64,000 bases of DNA from Candidatus Nanoarchaeia archaeon (lineage in GTDB: Archaea; Nanobdellota; Nanobdellia; SCGC-AAA011-G17; DATDVL01). The DNA lies in the NCBI GenBank assembly GCA_035289925.1, contig DATDVR010000005.1:112916-176915 (forward strand). Reading direction: 5' to 3'. Under the pieces are notes generated by a model. The model was not told the DNA's origin. It did no database searches and saw only the letters and a program-made list of their open reading frames with translations. Made by a program: the position numbers and the translations under genes. Positions 1-10,003 of this stretch are shown piece after piece (position 1 is the stretch's first letter; every line of letters starts with the position of its first letter).

Positions 1-356
1 TTATATAATAAGCTAACATTTAAATTAAGATTGTTAGAAGGCCATTTTTCTCTAATGATAATCCACAAACCATCTTTTTTGTTAATATATCTTAACCTTA
101 TAGTATTATTTGAATTGAATGATTTATTGATTTTTAATTTTCCATTGTCCTTAATCTTACCAATTAATCTATAACGTCTTATCTTAGTTATTGTATTTTT
201 GTTTCTAATATAAGTAGAATATTCTTGAAACTTAAAATTACTTGGGATAGGTAAGTAGGAGGGGTACTTAATCAAAGGGATAGTATCCATTACATTGAGA
301 TTAAAGAAATTCTTTAGGAATTTTTGCAAATTTAATCTATTTTTATATATCTTCAT
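1..356 (-). CDS. hypothetical protein, partial (runs off window start); Lys/Asn-rich
   Basis: Manual translation of the minus strand gives an open frame from Met (354-356, alternative 288-290) to position 1 with no stop. It is absent from the ORF track because it has no in-window stop. Confidence 0.3.
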   Translation of the reverse strand, partial: MKIYKNRLNLQKFLKNFFNLNVMDTIPLIKYPSYLPIPSNFKFQEYSTYIRNKNTITKIRRYRLIGKIKDNGKLKINKSFNSNNTIRLRYINKKDGLWIIIREKWPSNNLNLNVSLLY

Positions 357-585
357 CTTTTTCTTCAAAGTTTTCTTTCATTTCTGCCATATTCATAAAA
401 ACAATGAACATTTGTGCAGCACCTAAAGAATAAAGATCACGAGCAACTTCTCTTTTCTTCATCTCCCTTGTATTTGGCTTAACTTGACTCCAAATATAAT
501 CAAAAGTTGAGTCTGCAAACCCTTCAACAAAATTCTCTAGGAATTCATTGAACTCGTTTCCATTGCAATTTTCACAATCACACAT
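343..585 (-). CDS. small Cys-rich hypothetical protein
   Basis: 80-aa ORF with N-terminal MCDCENCNG motif; no recognisable family. Confidence 0.4.
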   Translation of the reverse strand: MCDCENCNGNEFNEFLENFVEGFADSTFDYIWSQVKPNTREMKKREVARDLYSLGAAQMFIVFMNMAEMKENFEEKDEDI

Positions 586-774
586 TTCAAATCACCTCAA
601 AAACTAAAAAAGTAACTTTTATTTATAAACATTCACAGGGCGGTTGTCGCATGTCCATAATAATCTCCGAAATCACCGAAAAATTTACGGAAAAATCGAA
701 AGAATTTTAATGAAATTTTAATATTTTCAAGATAGTTCATAAAGTTAATAAAATCGTTTTAATCATAGCGCTTA

Positions 775-1500
775 ATGAATATTTTTTTAATAAAAAATAT
801 TGAACTGAAAATTGAAAGAAGGTTTATTAAAAAGATAGAAGGTTTAGAAGGAGGTAGAGCTTTGTACTTACCTACAGATCCATCAGAAAAACCGCAGTTG
901 TACAAATTTTCTAGACATGATTATTCCCATACCGTATCTGAAATTAGGGTTAATGATATTGCTATATTAAAAGGGCTAGAAGATTTGTTAAAAGGAGAAA
1001 AGAAATTAAAACAAAAAGAGGGAAAACCTAGGAAGCCCGTATCTTATTCTTATTTTTACACAACTGAAGAGGGATTGTTCCCTTTAAATGAAGAGACTAT
1101 GTTTAAAGATATAAATGAAATAGATGAAGTTGATAGGGCTCTGACTTATGCATTGTTAAGAAATGATGCGTCTGTAGTCTCTGCAAGTAAAGCTAAGGAG
1201 ATAATTTCTAAGCATAGGTTATGTTATAGGATATTGGAGTATTTTGGCAAAAAATATAATTTAAATGAAAGGGTAAATGTTATTGCAAGGCGGTGTTCTG
1301 GCATTACCACACCAGACGCCCAAAAAGAACCATTGGGATTTGGCATATTTTGTATAGTAAATCAACAGTTGTATAATAAATGTCCTTACATGGGCAAGCT
1401 TGTTCATGAAATTGAATTTAAAGGCAATGAAGAACTAGAAACTATTCTTCTTAATATGAGAAAAAATTATCTTGAATTCTTTATAGACAAAAGACAATGA
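775..1500 (+). CDS. hypothetical protein
   Basis: 241-aa ORF with a promoter-like AT-rich upstream region; no family recognised. Confidence 0.5.
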   Translation: MNIFLIKNIELKIERRFIKKIEGLEGGRALYLPTDPSEKPQLYKFSRHDYSHTVSEIRVNDIAILKGLEDLLKGEKKLKQKEGKPRKPVSYSYFYTTEEGLFPLNEETMFKDINEIDEVDRALTYALLRNDASVVSASKAKEIISKHRLCYRILEYFGKKYNLNERVNVIARRCSGITTPDAQKEPLGFGIFCIVNQQLYNKCPYMGKLVHEIEFKGNEELETILLNMRKNYLEFFIDKRQ

Positions 1501-1505
1501 GCTTA

Positions 1506-1790
1506 TTATGGACATCTTAGCTCTTTCTTTATATTTTCAAAGTAAGAACGTGAATAAAATTTTAAGCCCCATTCTGGAGTAGTTGGTGTAACTTTCTTTG
1601 ACAGCCACTTCTCAGCTTCCTCTTTTGATACTATCTCATACAAGCTACCAAATTGTCTTCTTTGTATTGCTAAAACACCAGCTTCGCAGTTATTTTCTCT
1701 CTCGTAGCTTCTAATATCTAATAAAAATTCTTCTAACTCTTTTAAAGTTTTAATATTTTCAGGATTCTTAACTATTGTCTGTATTGGCAT
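1506..1790 (-). CDS. hypothetical protein
   Basis: 94-aa ORF, tandem with 1831..2688. Confidence 0.4.
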   Translation of the reverse strand: MPIQTIVKNPENIKTLKELEEFLLDIRSYERENNCEAGVLAIQRRQFGSLYEIVSKEEAEKWLSKKVTPTTPEWGLKFYSRSYFENIKKELRCP

Positions 1791-1830
1791 GTTCCTTATT
1801 AAGTGAATTGAATATTTAAACTTAATGGAT

Positions 1831-2688
1831 TTAAGCTTTATCTACAGTTAATAAAAATGGCTTATTTACAAGGCAGGGTTCTTCAACAAATCCTAGGTTG
1901 AATAAATCATTATAATATTTAATAGATCTTAAGACTTTCAACTTCTCATTTATAATAAAACTTATTTCATTGCTATTTTCTGTTAAACATACTCTGATTG
2001 CTTTTCCAAAATTTGGCAATTTATCCTTACACATGAGGGCTTTTTCACCGATAATCAAAACTGGCACTTCATAAGCATCTGACCAGTGCATTCTCTTTTT
2101 CTTTTCTTCTTCAGTCTCTTTTATTTTAATTCCTTTACTATCATAAAGGCTTACTCCTGATTTTCTAAGAAATAAATATACTAATTCCAATAATTCAACT
2201 TCTGTATGGAAAGGGAGATCCAACTCCCATCCAATATCTTCTCCTATTAAGCTACCAAGCATTCCTTCAAATTTTTTATACTCAATTAAGGGTTTATTAT
2301 ATCTTCTTAAATTAACATATCTACCAGTTCTCATATTTCTTATTCTTAAAAATGGTAAGATAATTCCGTTATCGTCCCTTGTTCTATATTTTAGGTCCCA
2401 TAAATATGTTGCTCCTTTTTCTCTTATACTCTCTAGAATTATTTTCTTAGAATAACCTTTACTTACCATATCTATCACCATTGCTTCTTTATATGCTTCT
2501 GTGCTATGAATATTTGAGAATGTAATTACTCTATCTGATAAAGTTGGCTTAGTATAAAAGTTATAACCTGAAATAACTGGAGTTTGCAATCCGCTACTAT
2601 CTTTGAAAGTAACTAAGTCGTCTAAACAAGTCAATATTTTTTTTCTCTTTTCTTTTGATATCCCTTCTAAATCATTAATAGTTATCAT
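1831..2688 (-). CDS. hypothetical protein
   Basis: 285-aa ORF; no family recognised. Confidence 0.5.
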   Translation of the reverse strand: MITINDLEGISKEKRKKILTCLDDLVTFKDSSGLQTPVISGYNFYTKPTLSDRVITFSNIHSTEAYKEAMVIDMVSKGYSKKIILESIREKGATYLWDLKYRTRDDNGIILPFLRIRNMRTGRYVNLRRYNKPLIEYKKFEGMLGSLIGEDIGWELDLPFHTEVELLELVYLFLRKSGVSLYDSKGIKIKETEEEKKKRMHWSDAYEVPVLIIGEKALMCKDKLPNFGKAIRVCLTENSNEISFIINEKLKVLRSIKYYNDLFNLGFVEEPCLVNKPFLLTVDKA

Positions 2689-2886
2689 AAGTAATATAGA
2701 ATATAATAGATATATAAATCTTATGAAATGTAGTCACTACATAGTTACTAAATTACGTAAATCTTCCAATATTTCTGAAAATCTTTCGGATTCTAAATGC
2801 TAAGCCTTATAAATGGGTAAATAACATAAATTCCAAGCAAGGGTAACCTTGTGAATAGATTATCGAATAGAAGGTAGGAAATAAGA

Positions 2887-3051
2887 ATGGGATTTAACAA
2901 CAGAAGAAATTTCAGCCAAGGTCCTAGAGAGATGCATAAAGTAACATGCTCTGACTGTGGACAAGAAACTGAAGTTCCTTTCAAGCCTGCTGAAGGAAGA
3001 CCTGTATATTGCAGGGATTGCTATCAGAAGCACAGACCACCAAGAAACTAA
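2887..3051 (+). CDS. small zinc-ribbon protein (CxxC-x19-CxxC), 54 aa; not in ORF track
   Basis: Manual translation: MGFNNRRNFSQGPREMHKVTCSDCGQETEVPFKPAEGRPVYCRDCYQKHRPPRN. Two CxxC pairs; higher GC than the flanking DNA. The opposite-strand ORFs 2793..2984 and 2860..3054 look spurious. Confidence 0.5.
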   Translation: MGFNNRRNFSQGPREMHKVTCSDCGQETEVPFKPAEGRPVYCRDCYQKHRPPRN

Positions 3052-3092
3052 CAATAATACTTAGTGGGAATTTCTAAAACAATTTTTCTTTT

Positions 3093-3551
3093 TTATATCT
3101 CTTTTTGCCATACATAAACTCTCAATACTTTAGGAGAGTTAGCTAGCGGATCTTTTACCAAGAAAATTGAATTTGCATAAACACTCTTGTCAAAAGGAAC
3201 GTCTTCTCCTATGCATGTAGCGACTTGGTTGCAGACCTCGCATGCAAAGTCGTAGTTGAAAGGAAGCTCTTTTCTTATAAATAGATTAATATCACAACTA
3301 GGGTTTGTTTCTGAAATTGCCTGGCAGTTTGTTCCAGCTTGATCCTGAAGATTGTAGTTAAAAATGCAGTCTCTGAAAGTTGAGTTGTACAATATTTCAT
3401 TCAATATGAACTGCTGAGATGATTGAACATTTTCTGGGATTCTATTTTCAACCTCGGCACGCTTTGGCAAAATAAAAAATATAAAGCTAAATATCAGGAT
3501 TATAGCCACAACTGCTTCCAATGTCCTTATGAAACCTTTTTTATTTACCAT
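3093..3551 (-). CDS. pilin-like protein (type IV pilin-like N-terminus KKGFIRTLEAVVAIILIF)
   Basis: N-terminal basic residues, Gly, then a hydrophobic helix with Glu near +5/+6: class III/type IV prepilin-like. Last gene of the pilus locus. Confidence 0.55.
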   Translation of the reverse strand: MVNKKGFIRTLEAVVAIILIFSFIFFILPKRAEVENRIPENVQSSQQFILNEILYNSTFRDCIFNYNLQDQAGTNCQAISETNPSCDINLFIRKELPFNYDFACEVCNQVATCIGEDVPFDKSVYANSIFLVKDPLANSPKVLRVYVWQKEI

Positions 3552-4348
3552 ACTCTTATGTAGATTGTAATTGGAATCCTATTGCTCTCTTTGTCCAAAA
3601 GCCAGTATTTAATCTCTCGAACAAAGACGTTTGTCTCCTGAAAAGGATCGTTGCCAACAACCTTTTCTTCTGGTTGTCCTGAAAGCTTATGATAAATTGC
3701 AAACTCCTTATTTTCTGGATAATCCCAATCATTTTTTAAATTTTCATAATCCAAACTCTTTAATTCTTCAAGCCAAGTCGGATTTATCCCCTTAATATCT
3801 TCAGTGGCGCCAAGAGCATAATCACATATTGCTGTCGAGCCGCCCATATTAAGCTGCTCTTCATTTCCATCCTTTGCCTTAAAACATCCAAAAGTGAATT
3901 CGGGACTTTCAGGATTCTTGTTTGTCTGGTGAAAAGTCAATTCGTATGGAACTGAACCTGTTGAACATACTGCTCCAGAAGTTTCAGAAGGAACGCACTT
4001 TATCTTGAATGGGTTTAGTCCTAAAACTTGAAAGTTATTTGTTGCTGGATTCTGTTGATAGGAATTGAAAATCCAATCTGGATTTCCCAAAGTATTTTTT
4101 AATTCAACTTTTATGTAAGGCCCTGCGTCAGCTTCCAAATATTCGCCCAATGAAGAGACAAATAAAGGCACTTTCTTAACCGTCCAGATGACTTCATTCT
4201 TGAAATTAATGTCAACTATATCTAGCAATACTTTTTCCTTGTAGATTGGCTTGATGCCTGGCTTGAAAACTAAAAATAAAGCAAGCAAAGAAATCAAGAA
4301 GATTCCCATGCTGATTGCCCAGTCTACATGGATGTTGCCTTTTTTCAT
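3545..4348 (-). CDS. membrane-anchored pilus-associated protein (pilin-like N-terminal TM)
   Basis: Single N-terminal TM after MKKGNIHVDW, then an extracellular Cys-containing domain; overlaps neighbouring genes, so likely an operon. Confidence 0.5.
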   Translation of the reverse strand: MKKGNIHVDWAISMGIFLISLLALFLVFKPGIKPIYKEKVLLDIVDINFKNEVIWTVKKVPLFVSSLGEYLEADAGPYIKVELKNTLGNPDWIFNSYQQNPATNNFQVLGLNPFKIKCVPSETSGAVCSTGSVPYELTFHQTNKNPESPEFTFGCFKAKDGNEEQLNMGGSTAICDYALGATEDIKGINPTWLEELKSLDYENLKNDWDYPENKEFAIYHKLSGQPEEKVVGNDPFQETNVFVREIKYWLLDKESNRIPITIYIRVW

Positions 4349-5172
4349 ATTCCACCTTTTGCCGTGGTGACTATTAAAGCTGCAGAGGTCATCAATATCA
4401 GAGAATGAATCAAACCTTGCTTCAATGTTCCCTCAGAGAATTTTCCTATCATTATTCCTGCGAAAAATCCCTGAATTAAAATCAAAGCAAAAAATATCTT
4501 GTCAAAATCCAAGCCAGAATCCTTTATTGTTATGCCACCAACTCCAGAATCAATTGATGTTGACAATCCTGTAAGCTTTGGGAAAAGCCACAATTGTAAA
4601 ATCAGCATGATGCCAATAAAAACAAAAAATACAATGTAACCCTGGACTATCTGAGAGAAGACAGACGCTTTTCTTTCCAATTTTAATTTTTTAACATTGA
4701 AGACAGAATCCACAATAGAATCTAGAACGTCTCTTATGTCGCCGCCAGACCTTTCAGCCTCGTTCACGATTGAAACTGCCCTTATTATGATATTGTTTTC
4801 AGTGTCGTTTGCAAAAGTAACCAATGCTTTCCTTACAGGGATGCCTAGTTCTATCTGGCCTGACAATTTTCTTACAAAAGGAGTCAATGCGCCATAATCT
4901 TTATTAGAAACGTGAAGGATTGAACGCGGTATAGAGATTCCTGACTTTATGCTTTCAACCAAGTTCCTCGTGAATTCCAGGAAATAAAATTCTATCTCTT
5001 TCTGCCTTTTGCTTTCGCTTAAAAAATCAATCCACGGAAGAGTCCAGCCTATTGTGATGCACAATATAATCCCAGCTGCAAACCATCTTGATCCATAAAA
5101 CAAATAAAAATTTGCTGCTAAAAGGACTATTGCAAGGAAAATTCCAATGAGATAAACTGGCTTGAATTTCAT
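4345..5172 (-). CDS. T2SS-F domain membrane protein (FlaJ/TadC-like, second half of a split platform)
   Basis: Polytopic membrane protein with a GspF/T2SSF-like cytoplasmic domain (…IRAVSIVNEAERSGGDIRDVLDSI…). Confidence 0.7.
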   Translation of the reverse strand: MKFKPVYLIGIFLAIVLLAANFYLFYGSRWFAAGIILCITIGWTLPWIDFLSESKRQKEIEFYFLEFTRNLVESIKSGISIPRSILHVSNKDYGALTPFVRKLSGQIELGIPVRKALVTFANDTENNIIIRAVSIVNEAERSGGDIRDVLDSIVDSVFNVKKLKLERKASVFSQIVQGYIVFFVFIGIMLILQLWLFPKLTGLSTSIDSGVGGITIKDSGLDFDKIFFALILIQGFFAGIMIGKFSEGTLKQGLIHSLILMTSAALIVTTAKGGI

Positions 5173-5173
5173 T

Positions 5174-6619
5174 TTAGACCTCGGGCTGTATTATGTTTAG
5201 GAACAATATGAACATGACATTCAAGACTGGCAAAACAATGTAAGCTCCAATTGTAGAGATTGTTGCAACTGATAATCCTGAAATCTGACCGCCTAGCAAG
5301 TTTATTATTGCTAGTGTAACTATAAACAGCAAAGGAGCTGCTATTAATACTCCAGTGTAGATGTCTGAATATGTTGACAAGCTTTCAACATATTTTTTTC
5401 TTTCAAGCTTGTAGTTGTTCATTGCATCTTCTGCCTTTCCCTTAAGGTAGCCTGCTAAATTTCCTCCAGACTCTATAGTTGAAGTGATTCCATTCAGCAA
5501 GTCCTTGAAAGGCTTTGAAGGCGTTGTTAATGAAACTGCTCTCAATGCCGAGCTCAAATCATATCCAAACAAGTTTACATAATTTAATATTTTATTGACT
5601 TCCCTTTCCATGCCTTTGTATTCGCCAGTAGTCAAGATGAGATGGAACATAGAAACTGGATTTGCTCCAGAACCAGCAACTGCTGCCATATGGATTATCA
5701 CAAATGGCAGGTCATTCTTTATTGCACGAGCTCTTGAATTTATTAGCAAGAAAGGATAGACATAAAAAACAAGCAAAGTCAAGAAACCAAGTATCATTGA
5801 AAGCAATACTGAAATCATAACAGAATTAATTAAATTGCTTTTACTCATTGACAAAACAAAAGTATTTGCCAGAGTCAAGAAAAATACCAACATTGAAGTG
5901 AAAAGCATCATGCTGACATAAGTCTTTGAAAGAATTTTTATATCAGCCTGGACCAAAGCATATTTTAGATTGCCAAAGATTTTTCCAGGGTTCTTTGTCA
6001 ACGACATGGTAATGCTTTCAAAAAATGTGTTGCATAATTTCCCATAAAAGCTAGACTCATATATAGAGAATTCTTTTTCTTCTATGTTTTCAATCTTCTG
6101 CCCTTTCCTGAATTTTTTGAGATAATATTCACCTATGCCAAGCTGATTCAAGTAAGCTTTTTTTGTTTTTTCATCTATTGAAACCAATTCCATAGACTTT
6201 CTTGATATAGATACTGCAGGAGGAGCTGGCCTTTGAGAAATCTCAATCTTTTCTTCTTTTTTAATTGGAAAAATAGAGGGTGATTTCAATGATTTTTTTG
6301 GCTGAGTTATTTGAGCAGTTATTTTTGAAGGCTCAGAAACTGGAGTGGCAGCAGTCACCATATGCGGCTTAGGACCGCCAACAAAGAGAGCTATTTCCTG
6401 ATTGTAATAATCCAAGTAAGACAGCAACTGCAAAATATAAAGATTGTAAGAATCTATCAGCTCACGCCTTGTCTTTCCTTTCAAAATATTGTTAATTGCA
6501 GCAGGATTATCTTTATTAGCTTCCAAATCTTCTCTAACTTTCTTCTTGTAAGACTTATAAGAACTAATTTCGTGAGTAAGTTCCAGCATCCTTGAAGTCA
6601 ATTCTTTAAGCTTTTCCAT
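5174..6619 (-). CDS. FlaJ/TadC-like pilus platform membrane protein
   Basis: About 220-aa cytoplasmic N-domain, then multiple TMs and a T2SSF-like segment (…LSSALRAVSLTTPSKPFKDLLNGITSTIESGGNLAGYL…). Confidence 0.7.
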   Translation of the reverse strand: MEKLKELTSRMLELTHEISSYKSYKKKVREDLEANKDNPAAINNILKGKTRRELIDSYNLYILQLLSYLDYYNQEIALFVGGPKPHMVTAATPVSEPSKITAQITQPKKSLKSPSIFPIKKEEKIEISQRPAPPAVSISRKSMELVSIDEKTKKAYLNQLGIGEYYLKKFRKGQKIENIEEKEFSIYESSFYGKLCNTFFESITMSLTKNPGKIFGNLKYALVQADIKILSKTYVSMMLFTSMLVFFLTLANTFVLSMSKSNLINSVMISVLLSMILGFLTLLVFYVYPFLLINSRARAIKNDLPFVIIHMAAVAGSGANPVSMFHLILTTGEYKGMEREVNKILNYVNLFGYDLSSALRAVSLTTPSKPFKDLLNGITSTIESGGNLAGYLKGKAEDAMNNYKLERKKYVESLSTYSDIYTGVLIAAPLLFIVTLAIINLLGGQISGLSVATISTIGAYIVLPVLNVMFILFLNIIQPEV

Positions 6620-6803
6620 TTTCCTTGTGAATCTTAAAAATTTCTTCCTTGATCAATTTTTTAATGTTAGAAACAAGCTTCAGAATGTAAGTGCGTTTTT
6701 CCTCAACTTCCTTTTCTTTCCCAACCTGGACAAGAAGCTCGCTATAAGAATCAACGATTTCCTGAATACTCCTTATATTTTGCTCTATTGCTTCAACAGC
6801 CAT
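6606..6803 (-). CDS. small coiled-coil protein in the pilus operon
   Basis: 65-aa ORF tightly packed between the ATPase and platform genes with start/stop overlaps. Confidence 0.4.
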   Translation of the reverse strand: MAVEAIEQNIRSIQEIVDSYSELLVQVGKEKEVEEKRTYILKLVSNIKKLIKEEIFKIHKENGKA

Positions 6804-6804
6804 T

Positions 6805-9800
6805 TTAGATGTTTATGTTAAACTCTTTCATAACTAATTTTGGAGTCTTGTAGTAAGCATGTATGATGTCCTGAGCTTCCTTAAATCCAAAAATGCCGTG
6901 CCTATACATGCTCATCAACAACTGTGATCTTATCCTGAATTCTCTCTCCAGATATTCTTTTGACAAACCGCGATTTCTCATTATCTTTTCAAAAACCTTG
7001 CTTTCAATCTTGAAAAAGAATGTGTCAGTCCTTGGCTCCCAGATAAATGGAGTATTTTTTACTGCATCTCCTAAACTGCGTCCTAAACCTACAATCTCTG
7101 CAACTTCCCTAACCCTTCTTACTTCCTGATTCTTAACTTTTGCCTGAGTCATTATGCAGACTGCATCCAAGACTTCAATCAACGAAGGAGAAAGATTAAT
7201 TGGCTGAGTTTCCAGCCTTTTTATCATTGTTTCTACATCTTCTGCATGCATAGTAGACATTGTAGGATGGCCTGATGCTGCACCTTGGAACAAAACATAG
7301 GCTTCTTTGCCTCTTATTTCTCCTACAATAACATAATCAGGACGCTGCCTAAAAGATTCTTTCAACAAAGCAAACAAATCTATTTCAGATTCTGACTCGC
7401 CTATTCCTATAGATTCACGGGAAACAGAAGGAAGCCAGTTCTCATGCAGCAATTGCAGCTCTCTTGTGTCTTCTATTGAAACCACTCTTGCTTGAGGCGG
7501 GATAAAAAATGCTATTGAGTTTAACAAAGATGTTTTACCAGAACCTGTGCCTCCAATCACCATTATATTTGCTTCATGCTCTATCAAAATCCACAAATAG
7601 GCAAGCAATTCTGGAGAAGCTGTATTGAACTGCATCAATTTTATTGGGCTGAAAGGCTCCTTTGTAAATTTTCTTATGGTGAAAGTTGGTCCTCTTGATG
7701 AAATTTCTTGAGTGTAGGTTGCGTTGACTCTTGAATTATGACAACAAATGCCCCCAGTTCCACCTATAAAATTCTCATGGTCTTTAACTGAAAAGTCGTA
7801 GACAAATTCTTTTGTAGGTTTTACTTTATTTATCTTTACAATTCTGGCAAATCCTAAATCTGAATCAATTAATTTATTTACTATTTCCATTTCTTTTAAT
7901 AATTCTTCGCCATTTTCTGTCAGGCGCTTATCTTTAATAAATCCTCTTTTTTCCCATTCTTTAATAAACTTTTTATCAGAAATCTTACTTAAGTTTAAAA
8001 ACTTATTATATCTTTCTTCATTAATAATTTTATATAATCTATCTCTATTTAATCGTTTATTCCTTAATCTATGATGTGTCTTAGTTAATGGGTTAAATAA
8101 CTCAATTGGTATCATAGATGGGTAAGGATTTTTCACGTCCCTTACAAAGAAATTTGTATAAAATTCCCTAGATTTAATTTTTCTCTCATCAATTACTACT
8201 TCTCTTTCTCTATCATAAAAAGCAACTACATTCTTATTAAAAATTGATAAATAGCTGATTTCGTTTTGCAAATCTTTACTACTTGTGCTGCCATAGTCCC
8301 CTAGACTCCAGTATTTTAAAAATTCTGTTTGTAAATCCTTGCTTACATTAAATATTAATTCAGGAATTCTCTTTTTCTTTGCTCCTTTACTTAGTTTTAA
8401 AACTTGGGAAAGAGCAACCCAAAGTGCGTAACTATTAATATTAACCTTTATTCCATTTTCTCCATCTTTTTCAATTTTGCTGATATCCAAATCAAAGCAT
8501 AACTTTGCACTTTTTGAAATAGCTTCAATCAAATCGTCTTCTTTTTTATTTAAGGCAAACTGGGTTCCATAAGTAGAATTATAATCATACAGCCATCCTT
8601 CTGCAATATACAACCCCAAGAACCTCATCAATTCCTTATTTACTCCCAAAATTGGTTTGATTCCAATTGCAGATGTTGGTCTAATAGTGCACTTTTCTAA
8701 TTGCTCTCTAGTAAGCAAGTTATGCAATGATAATGGCAGAATATTCTTATTTTTGTGTTCATAAAATGCTTGATTTGCCTTTTTATAATTATTTTTCAAA
8801 TATGAATAAATTTCATTCTTTCTACTAGCATAAATTTCAATAGGCACATTATCCAATATTAATTGTTTTGAATGTTCTGTCTTTGAAATTTCTTCAGCCA
8901 GATTAATTTCCTTTATAGAATCATTTTCTGGCATAGCGATTGGAATTATTGCATAATCCCCTACTTTTAAATTGTCAGTCCTAACTGCCTTAACCCCTTC
9001 TTTACCCAAAGCAAATAAGCTATGGCAACCTGTTAGTTTTATTTTTCTTCCAAATTCAAGTTCTAATTCAAATAAATCTTCATTTATTTTGTGCCTATAA
9101 ACATAATCTACTTTTTTCCAATTTATTTTAAAAGTTTTTTGGTCAAATGCCGGAACTTCAATATTTGGAACTAGCACTGGTTTTGTTATTTCTTTTCCTT
9201 CATAAAATTTATCTATAAATTCCCCAATCTTTCCAGTCTTAACTATTCCATTTTCTTTATAAATTGTAGGCTCTTCATAATCAATGCTACCATCTGGCAA
9301 AGCTGCATCCAGCAAAGGCTTTGCATAAGAAATGTATTTGCCTGATTTTTGAGCCAATTTCTCCACAAAGCTAACCAATTTTTTTTCATCATCGAAAATT
9401 ATGTTTGTTCTGATGTTCCTGTATCTTCTATGAACAATGTAAATTGGAGCGTTAACTCCGTTGCACTCAATATCTTCAATAAAATAATCCTTCATCAACG
9501 GCTCTATCTCGTTCAAGCCTACAAAGTCGCGGTAAACATAGTACATTATCTTCAAGAAAGTTTCCTGGCTCATCTTTATGCCTAGTTCATTTAAAATAAC
9601 CTTGATGTTCTTGTCAAGATATTCAATTACTGCATCAGCTGTCTTGACTGAAATGAAACTTATGTTTATTAATTCCTGGATGCCGTCTTCAACCAATTTT
9701 AGCTGAGTTTTTTCCTGTTCAGACAAGATAGGCTCTTCAATATCGTAGAACAATTCATTAGTTTCATGGTTCCAGTAGATATGAGCGTTAACATAAGGAG

Positions 9801-9924
9801 CAATCAGTGGGTATCTTATGTCCAAAGTTGTAGGATCAACAGACTCTGGAAGGCTTGGAACCTCAGAAGATAGAATCTTGAAGCTAGCATCCTGCTTCAC
9901 TTCAGATTCTTTTTTTCCAAACAT
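6805..9924 (-). CDS. FlaI/TadA/VirB11-family secretion ATPase with an in-frame intein
   Basis: Exteins (212 + 309 aa) carry FlaI hallmarks: IEDIECNG…PIYIVHRRY, LPDG|SRVNATY, Walker A GGTGSGKTS, DTRELQ, GEIRG. A 518-aa insertion lies exactly inside the conserved LPDGSR motif. Confidence 0.85.
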   Translation of the reverse strand: MFGKKESEVKQDASFKILSSEVPSLPESVDPTTLDIRYPLIAPYVNAHIYWNHETNELFYDIEEPILSEQEKTQLKLVEDGIQELINISFISVKTADAVIEYLDKNIKVILNELGIKMSQETFLKIMYYVYRDFVGLNEIEPLMKDYFIEDIECNGVNAPIYIVHRRYRNIRTNIIFDDEKKLVSFVEKLAQKSGKYISYAKPLLDAALPDGSIDYEEPTIYKENGIVKTGKIGEFIDKFYEGKEITKPVLVPNIEVPAFDQKTFKINWKKVDYVYRHKINEDLFELELEFGRKIKLTGCHSLFALGKEGVKAVRTDNLKVGDYAIIPIAMPENDSIKEINLAEEISKTEHSKQLILDNVPIEIYASRKNEIYSYLKNNYKKANQAFYEHKNKNILPLSLHNLLTREQLEKCTIRPTSAIGIKPILGVNKELMRFLGLYIAEGWLYDYNSTYGTQFALNKKEDDLIEAISKSAKLCFDLDISKIEKDGENGIKVNINSYALWVALSQVLKLSKGAKKKRIPELIFNVSKDLQTEFLKYWSLGDYGSTSSKDLQNEISYLSIFNKNVVAFYDREREVVIDERKIKSREFYTNFFVRDVKNPYPSMIPIELFNPLTKTHHRLRNKRLNRDRLYKIINEERYNKFLNLSKISDKKFIKEWEKRGFIKDKRLTENGEELLKEMEIVNKLIDSDLGFARIVKINKVKPTKEFVYDFSVKDHENFIGGTGGICCHNSRVNATYTQEISSRGPTFTIRKFTKEPFSPIKLMQFNTASPELLAYLWILIEHEANIMVIGGTGSGKTSLLNSIAFFIPPQARVVSIEDTRELQLLHENWLPSVSRESIGIGESESEIDLFALLKESFRQRPDYVIVGEIRGKEAYVLFQGAASGHPTMSTMHAEDVETMIKRLETQPINLSPSLIEVLDAVCIMTQAKVKNQEVRRVREVAEIVGLGRSLGDAVKNTPFIWEPRTDTFFFKIESKVFEKIMRNRGLSKEYLEREFRIRSQLLMSMYRHGIFGFKEAQDIIHAYYKTPKLVMKEFNINI
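7735..9288 (-). other. Intein (518 aa) with LAGLIDADG homing endonuclease inside the FlaI-like ATPase
   Basis: Begins with Ser after LPDG (SIDYEEPT…IGEFID, block A-like). Has block B TGCHSLFAL and LAGLIDADG LGLYIAEGW. Ends …GICCHN immediately before the extein Ser (SRVNATY). Confidence 0.7.
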
Positions 9925-10003
9925 TTTGAGATACTCCTAAGTAGTTACTTAAAACCTGCTAAGTGCTAATATAAACTGTTGTTTTAACTTTTAAGTGGAA
10001 AGT

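Noticed and set aside
2793-3054. ORFs 2793..2984 (-) and 2860..3054 (-)
   Set aside because: They are antisense to a cleaner small zinc-ribbon CDS (2887..3051 +); their composition is low-complexity and nothing recognisable is present.
6362-7129. Plus-strand ORFs 6362..6595, 6627..6821, 6893..7129
   Set aside because: They are antisense to the platform and ATPase genes of the pilus operon; no support.
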